Part shown: one piece after another, positions 27,728 to 36,343 of the stretch | Position numbering within the stretch: the stretch's first letter is position 1 | Layout: every line of letters begins with the position of its first letter | Source: a bacterium | Lineage (GTDB): Bacteria > Bacillota_I > Bacilli_A > RFN20 > CAG-288 | Length of the DNA: 64,000 bases | NCBI GenBank assembly: GCA_963612025.1 | Contig: CAVDUB010000001.1 | Span: 75,577-139,576 of the forward strand | Direction: 5' to 3' | The notes under the pieces: model-generated | Seen by the model: only the letters and a program-made list of their open reading frames with translations | Databases searched by the model: none | What the model was told of the DNA's origin: nothing | Program-made: the position numbers and the translations under genes

Positions 27728-27757
27728 ATTTTACCCCCCCCCGTGTCTCCTTGTCAA
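27728..27757 (-). promoter_or_regulatory. Candidate promoter of the orphan LytTR gene with a G9 tract in the spacer
   Basis: On the minus strand the pattern is TTGACA (27757-27752), an 18-nt spacer (AGGAGACAC + 9 G), then TAAAAT (27733-27728). Confidence 0.55.
27734..27742. repeat. Homopolymer C9 (G9 on the minus strand)
   Basis: It is read directly from the sequence. It is the only G/C run of 8 or more that I noticed in the window. Confidence 0.95.
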
Positions 27758-27805
27758 GATTGCCGTTTTGTCCATCTTTCATCTCATCCGTCCGATTTCG
27801 TTCGG

Positions 27806-27834
27806 TGGACAAAAAAGCCGTTTTGCATTATACT
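27806..27834 (+). promoter_or_regulatory. Candidate nadE promoter
   Basis: The pattern is TGGACA-17 nt-TATACT, about 27 nt upstream of the ATG at 27861. Confidence 0.5.
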
Positions 27835-27860
27835 TTTCAAAAAAAGAAAGAAGAAGAATC

Positions 27861-29807
27861 ATGTCCCTTAATCTATTGAAGGCAACCTGCCTGATTCCCA
27901 AACTCAAAATAGCCGATATTCATTTCAATACAGAGAGCATCAAAAAACTCTATCTCGAAAAGAAGGACTCGGCAATTCTTTTGACTCCCGAACTCTCGTT
28001 GATCGGATACACTGCTCAGGATCTCTTTTTCCAGAAGGCATTCTTAGTAGAAATCGAAAAGGCATTAGTCCAACTAAAAGACATAACGGCATATAACGAA
28101 AACCTCTTAGTCGTCGGTGCCCCTCTTCTTTTTCAGAATCGTCTCTATAATTGTGCCGTCTATCTTTCGAATGGAAAAATCATCGGCATCGTTCCCAAGT
28201 CTTTTATTCCGAATTATGGTGAATTCTATGAAGCGAGATGGTTTGCATCCGGAAAAGAAATCACCGGGCAGACGCTGATGATTCAAGGAGAGAAAGTTCC
28301 CTTTGGTGTCGACATTCTATTGCAGGATGAAAATTCTTCTGCCGTCATCGCATCTGAAATCTGTGAGGATCTCTGGGTGGGTGATAAGCCATCGACCAAA
28401 GCCTGTCTAAACGGGGCCAATATTGTTCTCAATCTCTCGGCAAGTGATGAAAATGTTGCCAAGAGAAAATACCGGAAAGATCTTGTCAAGATGCAGTCGT
28501 CCACGCTTTATTGTTCCTATCTTTATTGCTCAAGCAGTTTTGATGAATCCTCGCAGGATCTTGTCTTCTCCGGACACAATCTGATTGTCGATAACGGAAG
28601 CGTCCTGAATGAAGTTTTCTTCCCCGAGAGTCCTTCTTCCATCACCGGAATTCTCGATATCGACAAATCAACCTATAACAGAATGCACCAGTCCACATTC
28701 GAAAACAGAAATGATTCCTATCGAATCATTCCTGTCAAACTGAAGAAATTCCTTAATGAGGAGCTGTCCATCGAAGAAAAAGTCGAAATGCTGAGAAAAG
28801 AATGCTACCCCATTGCTCGAAATCCTTTCGTGCCAGACGAAAAGGAGAAGAGAAAAGAAAGATGTCTTGAGATCCTTTCGATTCAGGCTCATGGCTTGGC
28901 CACGAGGGTGAAAAATACCAAGATTCATAATCTTGTCATCGGCATATCCGGTGGGTTGGATTCCACCTTGGCCCTTCTTGTCTGCAGCCAGGCCAAAGAA
29001 ATCGTTCCGGAGATAAATATCATCGGCATCACGATGCCAAGCGAAGGAATGACAAGCAATCTGACAAAGAACAATGCCGTCGACCTCATGAAGGAACTCG
29101 ATGTGGAAATCCGCGAGATTCCGATTCGCAAGACCGTCGAAGAGCATCTAAAAGATATCCATCATCCTCTTTCCTATGAAGGAGAAAAGGATGTCACCTA
29201 TGAGAATGCCCAGGCAAGAATGAGAACCTATATCCTCATGGATATTGCCAATATGGAAAAAGGAATGGTTGTCGGAACAGGAGATTTGAGCGAACTCGCC
29301 CTTGGTTGGTGCACATACAATGGAGATCATATGTCCATGTATGCCGTCAACAGTTCGATTCCGAAAACCCTCGTGAAATACATTGTCGAAGCTTATAGTG
29401 ACACCTTAGCCGATGAGAAATTAAGCAAGACTCTGAAAAGTATCATCGACACACCGATTTCTCCCGAACTGACGCCGAACAAGGATGGACAGATTGCACA
29501 GAAAACCGAAGAAAGAATTGGAAAATATGATCTCAACGACTTCTTCCTCTTCTATTTCCTTCGTTACGGATTCTCCCCTGAGAAGATCTTAACCCTTGCT
29601 CTTCTTGCCTATCCAGAAGAGACGAAAGAGCATATCAAAAAAAGTCTCGAAAACTTCTATCGTCGATTCTTCAGTCAGCATTTCAAGAGAAGCTGTCTTC
29701 CAGACGGTCCGAAAGTTGGAAGCGTCACTCTCTCGCCAAGAGGAGACTATCGAATGTCTTCGGATAGTTCGCCGGACACCCTTCTTGACGAACTTAATAA
29801 ACTATAA
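27861..29807 (+). CDS. nadE: Glutamine-dependent NAD+ synthetase (CN-hydrolase + NAD synthetase domains)
   Basis: The start was moved to the ATG at 27861 (MSLNLLKATCLIPKLKIAD). The nitrilase-like N-terminal half contains EICEDLW, and the PP-loop motif is GISGGLDSTLALLV. Confidence 0.92.
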   Translation: MSLNLLKATCLIPKLKIADIHFNTESIKKLYLEKKDSAILLTPELSLIGYTAQDLFFQKAFLVEIEKALVQLKDITAYNENLLVVGAPLLFQNRLYNCAVYLSNGKIIGIVPKSFIPNYGEFYEARWFASGKEITGQTLMIQGEKVPFGVDILLQDENSSAVIASEICEDLWVGDKPSTKACLNGANIVLNLSASDENVAKRKYRKDLVKMQSSTLYCSYLYCSSSFDESSQDLVFSGHNLIVDNGSVLNEVFFPESPSSITGILDIDKSTYNRMHQSTFENRNDSYRIIPVKLKKFLNEELSIEEKVEMLRKECYPIARNPFVPDEKEKRKERCLEILSIQAHGLATRVKNTKIHNLVIGISGGLDSTLALLVCSQAKEIVPEINIIGITMPSEGMTSNLTKNNAVDLMKELDVEIREIPIRKTVEEHLKDIHHPLSYEGEKDVTYENAQARMRTYILMDIANMEKGMVVGTGDLSELALGWCTYNGDHMSMYAVNSSIPKTLVKYIVEAYSDTLADEKLSKTLKSIIDTPISPELTPNKDGQIAQKTEERIGKYDLNDFFLFYFLRYGFSPEKILTLALLAYPEETKEHIKKSLENFYRRFFSQHFKRSCLPDGPKVGSVTLSPRGDYRMSSDSSPDTLLDELNKL

Positions 29808-29856
29808 AAAAAGAGGTCGGTTCTTCTTCCCAACGCAGGAGAAAGCCGACCTTTTG
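29808..29856. terminator. Bidirectional terminator between convergent nadE and the phosphoesterase gene
   Basis: The stem AGGTCGG/CCGACCT is flanked by an A-run and a T-run. Confidence 0.5.
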
Positions 29857-29858
29857 TA

Positions 29859-30398
29859 CTAGAATTTCAGTTCCTTATAGACATGGTCATCGAATAGATC
29901 AAGAAGCTTGATTCCTTCTTCATTCATCAGAATATAGGAATGATGCCCATCCTTCGGAAGTGAGATGCTTCCTGGATTCATCAGAATCAGATTTTCTTTC
30001 TTTTCCAGGACACCAATATGGGTATGTCCCTGAAGGAAGATATCCCCTGGATTTGCCGGAAGATTATCAAAGAAGAAATGATGACCATGCGTCATCATGA
30101 TTTCCTTATCGAAGAGATAGAGCGTGGCGATATCGGAAATCGGGAATTTGCTGACCCACTGATCCACTTCGGATTCGCAGTTTCCCTTGACTGCGATGAT
30201 CTTGTCGGCATATTCATTCACCAAAGAAACGACATCCTTCGGGGAGTATTCCTCTGGCGGAACATTTCTAGCTCCATTGTAGTAGAAATCACCACAAAGA
30301 AGAATCTTCTTCGGAGCATATTTCTCCACCTTTCCAAAAAAGATCTTCGCATACTTATAGCTTCCATGGATATCCGATCCAATCAGAATGTTCGTCAT
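29859..30398 (-). CDS. YfcE/MJ0936-family metallophosphoesterase
   Basis: Motifs are GSDIHGS, GDFYYNG, GNCE, THGHH and GHTH. Confidence 0.85.
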   Translation of the reverse strand: MTNILIGSDIHGSYKYAKIFFGKVEKYAPKKILLCGDFYYNGARNVPPEEYSPKDVVSLVNEYADKIIAVKGNCESEVDQWVSKFPISDIATLYLFDKEIMMTHGHHFFFDNLPANPGDIFLQGHTHIGVLEKKENLILMNPGSISLPKDGHHSYILMNEEGIKLLDLFDDHVYKELKF

Positions 30399-30411
30399 TT
30401 TCTTTTCCTCC

Positions 30412-30906
30412 TCAAAAATCGAGTTTATGAATCACACCTTTCGAATTGTAATCAAAGATGGAGATCCCTTCTTCAGTGATTGCCATATAGGAATGATGTC
30501 CGTCTCTTGGACGGGATATCGATCCAGGATTGGCGATAATTCTCTTCCTATCATCCACAAAGATTCCGCTCTGATGGGAATGCCCCAAAAGCATGATATC
30601 GTAGGGCTGGTCATAGTTATATGGATTATAATAATGTCCGTGCGTCAAGACGATGAGTTTCGAAAAGGCATAGTCAAAGGTAAGATACGGAAGAGGAAAC
30701 CGGGCAAGGTCTTCCTCGACTGTGCCATCACAGTTTCCTTTGACTGCAAGAATCTTTTCGCTGAGCGGATTGAGCATCCGAATGGAATCTTCAAGGATAT
30801 CGCCAAGAATATACATCTTGTCGAACTTTTCTTCCCTGAAGAGTTCGATCATTGCACGCGTATATTCTTGATCATTATGAAGATCTGAGAGAACCAAGAT
30901 TTTCAT
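30412..30906 (-). CDS. YfcE/MJ0936-family metallophosphoesterase (tandem paralog)
   Basis: The start was moved to the ATG at 30906 (MKILVLSDLHND). Motifs are GDILED, GNCD, THGH and GHSH. Confidence 0.85.
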   Translation of the reverse strand: MKILVLSDLHNDQEYTRAMIELFREEKFDKMYILGDILEDSIRMLNPLSEKILAVKGNCDGTVEEDLARFPLPYLTFDYAFSKLIVLTHGHYYNPYNYDQPYDIMLLGHSHQSGIFVDDRKRIIANPGSISRPRDGHHSYMAITEEGISIFDYNSKGVIHKLDF

Positions 30907-30963
30907 CCCATGTATTATAATGATTTTGTTTCGTGTTTTCATCAGAAAGGAGATGATTCATCT

Positions 30964-31689
30964 ATGAAAAAAGCCTTCGCATCCGATTTTGACAATACCC
31001 TCTACTTCAAAGACGGCCTTAGAGAAAAAGATCTCCTTGCCATCAAAAAGAAGCAAGAAGAAGGTCTCCTTTTTGGTATCTGCACAGGAAGAAGCCTCGG
31101 TGGTGTTCTGGTTCCTGTAAAGGAAAAGATTCATTTCGATTTCTATATTCTTGCCACCGGTTCACTGATACTCGATGACAAGAAAGAACCCATCTTTTCA
31201 AAGACAATCGACATCGATGATGTTTTGAAGATTACAGAGGAATATCAAAATCGATATCATCTCGCCTATAACTGCGGAGATAATTTCTATTCTCTTTATG
31301 ATGAATACGAAATCGTCGTCCAGATGAAGAATCTTTCTAAGCTTCCATCTCATGTCCATGGCATCTCTTTTCTGACAGAGAATACCAATAAGGCCTATGA
31401 AATCTGTCAATATCTCAAAGCTCATTATCCAGTCAGTGCATATAACAACGGGCCCTTTGTGGATATCACAGCCCATGGCTGCTCAAAAGGAGAAGCCATC
31501 CTTCTTCTGAAGAAGATGATGAACATCGACTTCATCTATGGAATGGGTGATTCCTATAACGATATCTCCATGCTCGAGAAAGTCGATTCTTCTTTCACAT
31601 TCCTTTCTTCTCCTGAACTCGTAAAGTCAAAAGTCGATAAAATCACTTCTTCGATTCATGAATCCTTAGCGACAATCGAACTCAAATAA
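30964..31689 (+). CDS. Cof-type HAD-IIB phosphatase
   Basis: The start was moved to the ATG at 30964. Motifs are FASDFDNTLY and GMGDSYNDISMLE. Confidence 0.85.
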   Translation: MKKAFASDFDNTLYFKDGLREKDLLAIKKKQEEGLLFGICTGRSLGGVLVPVKEKIHFDFYILATGSLILDDKKEPIFSKTIDIDDVLKITEEYQNRYHLAYNCGDNFYSLYDEYEIVVQMKNLSKLPSHVHGISFLTENTNKAYEICQYLKAHYPVSAYNNGPFVDITAHGCSKGEAILLLKKMMNIDFIYGMGDSYNDISMLEKVDSSFTFLSSPELVKSKVDKITSSIHESLATIELK

Positions 31690-31743
31690 AGAAAATAAGA
31701 TGGAGATAAGTCACTCGAAAAGTCTGCGATGCTTCGAAAAGTC

Positions 31744-31772
31744 TTGCATATCCACCCAAGGCGTGGTAGAAT
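31744..31772 (+). promoter_or_regulatory. Sigma-A type promoter for tRNA-Met
   Basis: The pattern is TTGCAT-17 nt-TAGAAT, 30 nt upstream of the tRNA. An 11-bp direct repeat TCGAAAAGTCT (31715-25 and 31734-44) precedes or overlaps the -35. Confidence 0.6.
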
Positions 31773-31801
31773 AATCGTCGCTAGAAAGATAGCACCTACA
31801 T

Positions 31802-31876
31802 CGCGGGGTGGAGCAGTGGTAGCTCGCCAGGCTCATAACCTGGAGGTCATCGGTTCGAATCCTTTCCCCGCTACCA
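31802..31876 (+). tRNA. tRNA-Met (CAT), initiator-like acceptor and D arm, CCA encoded
   Basis: The fold is CGCGGGG-TG-GAGC-AGTGGTA-GCTC-G-CCAGG-CTCATAA-CCTGG-AGGTC-ATCGG-TTCGAAT-CCTTT-CCCCGCT-A-CCA. Position 1:72 is a C:U mismatch. The T stem has two mismatches. Confidence 0.8.
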
Positions 31877-31888
31877 ATGAATGATCAA

Positions 31889-31911
31889 CTCAGCATATGC
31901 TGGGTTTTTTT
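31889..31911 (+). terminator. Terminator after tRNA-Met
   Basis: The palindrome CAGCATATGCTG, extended by C-G and T-G pairs, is followed by T7. Confidence 0.55.
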
Positions 31912-32147
31912 ATTTTATGCTATCTTTTTTTGTTGCCTAATATCAACCAAAAAAACGTAGAAAATCGACTGATGCAACGATTAACTTTCATCTTTTTAAG
32001 GCAAGTCTTTCGATAACAATGATAGGAAAGGAAGAAAATATGCAAAGACATACTAGAGAGTTATAGGTAGGATGCCAAGTCATGGCTATCAGAATCAGAA
32101 CATGAGAAACGGAATCCTAAGGTACTTCTTAACTTACTATTCTTTAT

Positions 32148-32164
32148 GTGTATAAAATATACAC
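32148..32164. promoter_or_regulatory. Perfect 7-3-7 palindrome GTGTATAaaaTATACAC upstream of the ATPase gene (operator / -10 overlap candidate)
   Basis: It is read directly from the sequence and lies 17 nt upstream of the ATG at 32181. Confidence 0.35.
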
Positions 32165-32180
32165 AAAAAGGAAACTGTAA

Positions 32181-33314
32181 ATGCTGAAAAGTTATTCGAT
32201 TGAACATTACCGTGCGATTGAAAAAACAAAAATCGACCTCAGAAAAAGTAAAATCGATTATCGCAACAATTACGTCTTGGATGGAGAAACCATCAATCCA
32301 GCTGTATTCTATGGAAATAACGGTATAGGAAAATCGCTTGCCCTGAATCCATTTGGAATTCTAACCTTTCTTTTGAATTATGAACCAAGTACTCTTCCAA
32401 ATCATCTTTTAGCTTTTCCTGATGTCTTGGAACTTCAAGAGGGAACTCCAATCACTGAATTTCCGACATTTATTTTTGATTTTGTTCTCGACGGCATTCC
32501 TTTTACCTATGAAATTTCCTTGCTCGGGAAAAAAATCATAGCAGAGAAACTAATCACAAAGAATCTTCTTCTTTTTTCCAGAAAGAAGAATACATATCTT
32601 CTTGATAAGCAAGAGAATACGGTTTCGGAATATTATCCCGCACTTCGAAAAATCGGCATTGAGGAATATGGTTCTGAGCATGAACATCGTCAGCTCATAA
32701 AGAAAATCTACGACTATCTTTCTTCCATCATATATATCGATTCCCAAGGCAATGTCTTCGGAAGGGAATTCCGTGAAGCAGGTGTTTTTGATACCATTCA
32801 ATCGATGGGAAAGTCCTTTGAAGAACATCTCAACAAGATTCTTTCGATACCGAACATCACTTTCTCAACGAAAGTCAATGAGAAGACACACGAACAAGAA
32901 CACTATTTCACCTTCATCGATGCAAAAAAGGATTTGCATGCCGGTTTTGCCAGTGAAGGCATGATGCAGACATTGCGTCTTGTTCTTGTCTTGGAATCCG
33001 GTCTAAAAACAAAAAACAGGCTCGTTGTCGTGGATGAACTAGATCGTTCTTTGCATCCGATTGCATTAAAAAAGACAATCGATGAATTCGTCGAAAAAGG
33101 CGTTCAACTAATTTTTTCCTGCCATGATACCAATCTCATGCGCTATCTTAGACCAGATCAGGTCTATTTCTCCTATTTCGGTGAAAATCTACATACAACG
33201 TTTCATCGTCTCAACGATATCTATCCGCGTCTCAGAGAAATCAATTCGATCGAGACAATGTATCTGAAAGGCGTCTTTGACGAGAAAATGGTCAATGCTG
33301 CAAACAAAAACTAA
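32181..33314 (+). CDS. Stand-alone ABC/SMC-like ATPase (AAA_21/AAA_15 type), no partner gene
   Basis: Walker A is YGNNGIGKS, the signature-like motif is FASEGMMQT, Walker B is RLVVVDELDRSLHP and the H-loop is SCHDTNLM. The gene is visibly more AT-rich than its neighbours. Confidence 0.75.
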   Translation: MLKSYSIEHYRAIEKTKIDLRKSKIDYRNNYVLDGETINPAVFYGNNGIGKSLALNPFGILTFLLNYEPSTLPNHLLAFPDVLELQEGTPITEFPTFIFDFVLDGIPFTYEISLLGKKIIAEKLITKNLLLFSRKKNTYLLDKQENTVSEYYPALRKIGIEEYGSEHEHRQLIKKIYDYLSSIIYIDSQGNVFGREFREAGVFDTIQSMGKSFEEHLNKILSIPNITFSTKVNEKTHEQEHYFTFIDAKKDLHAGFASEGMMQTLRLVLVLESGLKTKNRLVVVDELDRSLHPIALKKTIDEFVEKGVQLIFSCHDTNLMRYLRPDQVYFSYFGENLHTTFHRLNDIYPRLREINSIETMYLKGVFDEKMVNAANKN

Positions 33315-33319
33315 AAAAA

Positions 33320-33369
33320 GAAGACAAGAATGAACTTCATCTGCTATTTTCATTCTTTGTCTTCCTTTT
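33320..33369. terminator. Bidirectional terminator between the convergent ATPase and degV-like genes
   Basis: A 14-bp stem GAAGACAAGAATGA/TCATTCTtTGTCTTC (one bulge) is flanked by A and T runs. Confidence 0.6.
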
Positions 33370-33400
33370 CGAATGTGTTTTTTCGTATAGAACAATCCTT

Positions 33401-34288
33401 TTAGTTCGATCTCTTCTTTCCCCAGAAGAATAAGGCCACTGTACCAGGACCGGTATGGGAACCGATGGTGGTTCCGATGGAATTGATTTCCACCTTGCCT
33501 TTCATCTTTGTAAAGCGTTCTTCCACAAGAGCCTTCACGGCAGCCGCATATTCTTCGCAGGCCGACATGGAAATATAGACCTTGTCGGAGTAATCAAGCC
33601 CATCGATGCAGTTTTCTTCCATCTTGTCGACAATGATATGTTCGACCTTCTTGATGGTTCTGACTTTTTCTCTTGGGATAAGATGGCCATCCTCATCCAT
33701 ATTCAGCAAAGGACAGATATGAAGAAGATTCCCGATGAATCCGGAGGACTTGGAGATTCTTCCGCCGCGGACATAATATTTCAGGTCTGTCGAAAAGAAC
33801 CAATGATGGACTTCCAGCTTATGTTCTTCAGCCCAAGCACGAAGATCATCGATATTCATTCCTTCATCTCGAAGATCAGCCAATTTGTCCATCAAGAGTC
33901 CATAGCCTGAAGAAGCACCCAAGGAATCGACGATATAGATTTTTCTCTCCGGATATTTCTCCTTGAGCATGCTTGCGGCATTCAAGGCCGACTGATACGT
34001 TCCGGAAAGGCCCGAAGAGAGGGTGACATGGAGAATGTCCTTTCCTGCCAAAAGAAATGGTTCAAAGAAACGATAATATTCACCTGCAGAGACCTGACTT
34101 GTTTTCGTCATCGCTCCATTTTCCATATCCTTATAGAATTTGTCGAAAGGATAGGATTGGCCAAAATCGTCCATATAATCTTTTCCATCGACCAAAAAAT
34201 GGAACAAGACTGTCTTAATGTCTCTGTCCTTGTAATGCTCACAGGATAAATCCGATGTCGAACAGCAGCTGAGAATATAATTTGCCAT
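33401..34288 (-). CDS. DegV-family fatty-acid-binding protein
   Basis: DegV-like length and motifs are present (ILSCCSTSDL, IVDSLGASSGYGLL, GTTIGSHTGPG). Confidence 0.85.
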   Translation of the reverse strand: MANYILSCCSTSDLSCEHYKDRDIKTVLFHFLVDGKDYMDDFGQSYPFDKFYKDMENGAMTKTSQVSAGEYYRFFEPFLLAGKDILHVTLSSGLSGTYQSALNAASMLKEKYPERKIYIVDSLGASSGYGLLMDKLADLRDEGMNIDDLRAWAEEHKLEVHHWFFSTDLKYYVRGGRISKSSGFIGNLLHICPLLNMDEDGHLIPREKVRTIKKVEHIIVDKMEENCIDGLDYSDKVYISMSACEEYAAAVKALVEERFTKMKGKVEINSIGTTIGSHTGPGTVALFFWGKKRSN

Positions 34289-34330
34289 AAGGCCTCCCTT
34301 ATCTATGTATGTTTATTGTACAACAAATAT

Positions 34331-34364
34331 GAAAAAGAAAGAGGCTGATTTTCATTCTCAGCCT
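34331..34364 (-). terminator. Rho-independent terminator after htpG
   Basis: The stem AGGCTGA/TCAGCCT is followed by CTTTCTTTTT on the minus strand. Confidence 0.6.
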
Positions 34365-34373
34365 GCTTCTTTT

Positions 34374-36311
34374 CTACTTCTTATAGGCTTTCAGCATCAA
34401 TGAGTTGAGATTGGTGATGAAATTCTGCTTGTCTTCGATTTCGAATCCTTCTAAGAGCATCGCCTCATCATAGAACACTTCGGAAATCTTCTTGATTTCT
34501 TCCTTGTCTGTGACAGTCTTGATGCTTTCGAAAAGCGGATGGTTCGGATTCAGCTGAAGAACCTTTGTGGCCTTGGCCCTATTCTCTGGATTGTTCTTGG
34601 CTTCCGGTTCGGAATTCAAGACGTTCTCCATATTCAGGGAGAGTCCGTCCTTGCTTGCAAGGGAGACCGGAGCATCCTCAAGATGAAGAGAGAAGGAAAC
34701 ATCGTCGACCTTCTCCTTGAGTTCCTCCTTGATCTGCTCGAGGAGGCCTTTGTTCTCCTTGGTCAATGTCTCAAGGTTCGTTTTTTCTTCCTCGCTGAGT
34801 TCATCCGTAGTTTCACTTGTGATGTTCTTGAACGGAAGCTTCTCATATTCATTCATCATGGTGATCGTGAATTCATCGATCTGGCTATGGAGAAGAAGGA
34901 CATCATAGCCGAGCTTGCGATAACGGGAAATCTCCGGAAGCAGCTTGATGGCTTCGATTGTCTTTCCCGAGGCAAAGTAGATGTTCTTCTGGCCTTCCTT
35001 CATGGAATCCTTGTATTCCTTAAGAGAAATCGGCTTTTCCTGATTGAGCGTATCATAGACAAGAAGATCCTGGAGTTCTTCCTTCTTCATGCCATAGGAA
35101 GAATAGATGCCGAACTTGATGAAATCACCATAGTTCTTGAAGAATTCGAGATACTTCTCCTTATCTTCATCCTTGAGCTGCTTGAGTCTGTCGACAACCT
35201 TCTTTTCGATGTTGCTGGCAATCTTCTTTAACAGCGGAGACTTCTGAAGCATCTCACGGGAGATATTCAGCTGGAGATCCTCTGAGTCAATCAATCCACG
35301 GATAAACTTCAGATAATCCGGAACCAATTCCTTATTCTTCTCTTCGATGAAGATGCCCTTGGCATAAAGAGCCAAGCCTTTTTCATAATCCTGGGCATAG
35401 AGGTTGTAGGGGACATGCTTCGGGATATAGACAAGGGCGGAATATTCCAAAGTTCCTTCCGCCTTGATATTCATGGCAAGAAGAGGATCCTCATAGTCAT
35501 TGAAGCGGCTCTTATAGAATTCGTTGAGTTCCTCGTCCGTGACATCTTTCTTTTGTTTCTTCCAAAGCGGAACCATGGAATTGAGCGTTTCATCACTCGT
35601 TTCATCATGATATTTTCCTTCAATCGGCTTTCCATCCTGATCCTTGTCCTGGACAGAATGGCTGACGAGCATGCGAATCGGGTATCGGATGAAGTCTGAA
35701 TACTTCTTCACGAGATTCTTGATGGTATAGTCTTCAAGGTATTCAGAATAATTGTCTTCATCCTTATCATCCTTGAGATAGACACGGATAGCCGATCCAC
35801 TATCCTTGAGGAAAGGATTCTCATCATCTTCGATGGTATAGGTCTCCACGCCATCGCTTGAAAACTTATAGGCATTTTGATCGATATCTTTGGTATAGAC
35901 TTCGATCTTCTTGGCAACCATGAAGGCCGAATAGAAGCCGACACCGAACTGACCAATCAAATCGACATCTTCCTTCTTTTCCTTCATTTCCTTGTACTTG
36001 GCAAGGAATTCCTTCGTCCCAGAACGTGCGATGGTTCCTAGATTCTTTTCCAAGTCTTCCTTGGACATGCCAATGCCATTGTCAGTAATCTGAAGATATC
36101 TTTCCTTCTTATCGACTGTAATGCGAATTTCATAATCCTTCTGGGCATATTTTCCTTCCGACTGCAAAGCCAAAAACTTATATTTGTCGATGGCATCGCT
36201 GGCATTGGAGATCAATTCACGCAAGAAAATCTCACGATTGGAATAGATCGAATTGATCATCAGGTTCAGCAATTCCTTCGACTCCGTCTTAAATGTCTTT
36301 TCTTCTTTCAT
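34374..36311 (-). CDS. htpG: Hsp90-family chaperone HtpG
   Basis: The start was moved to the ATG at 36311 behind a GGAGG RBS. Motifs are LRELISNASDAIDK and IGQFGVGFYS. Confidence 0.95.
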   Translation of the reverse strand: MKEEKTFKTESKELLNLMINSIYSNREIFLRELISNASDAIDKYKFLALQSEGKYAQKDYEIRITVDKKERYLQITDNGIGMSKEDLEKNLGTIARSGTKEFLAKYKEMKEKKEDVDLIGQFGVGFYSAFMVAKKIEVYTKDIDQNAYKFSSDGVETYTIEDDENPFLKDSGSAIRVYLKDDKDEDNYSEYLEDYTIKNLVKKYSDFIRYPIRMLVSHSVQDKDQDGKPIEGKYHDETSDETLNSMVPLWKKQKKDVTDEELNEFYKSRFNDYEDPLLAMNIKAEGTLEYSALVYIPKHVPYNLYAQDYEKGLALYAKGIFIEEKNKELVPDYLKFIRGLIDSEDLQLNISREMLQKSPLLKKIASNIEKKVVDRLKQLKDEDKEKYLEFFKNYGDFIKFGIYSSYGMKKEELQDLLVYDTLNQEKPISLKEYKDSMKEGQKNIYFASGKTIEAIKLLPEISRYRKLGYDVLLLHSQIDEFTITMMNEYEKLPFKNITSETTDELSEEEKTNLETLTKENKGLLEQIKEELKEKVDDVSFSLHLEDAPVSLASKDGLSLNMENVLNSEPEAKNNPENRAKATKVLQLNPNHPLFESIKTVTDKEEIKKISEVFYDEAMLLEGFEIEDKQNFITNLNSLMLKAYKK

Positions 36312-36343
36312 TTTTTTCGCCTCCAAATTAGAACAAATATATT

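Noticed and set aside
31877-33400. I looked for a direct repeat of the tRNA-Met 3' end marking an integrated island boundary.
   Set aside because: I found no copy of the tRNA 3' segment downstream of the ATPase gene. The island hypothesis rests only on composition and context.
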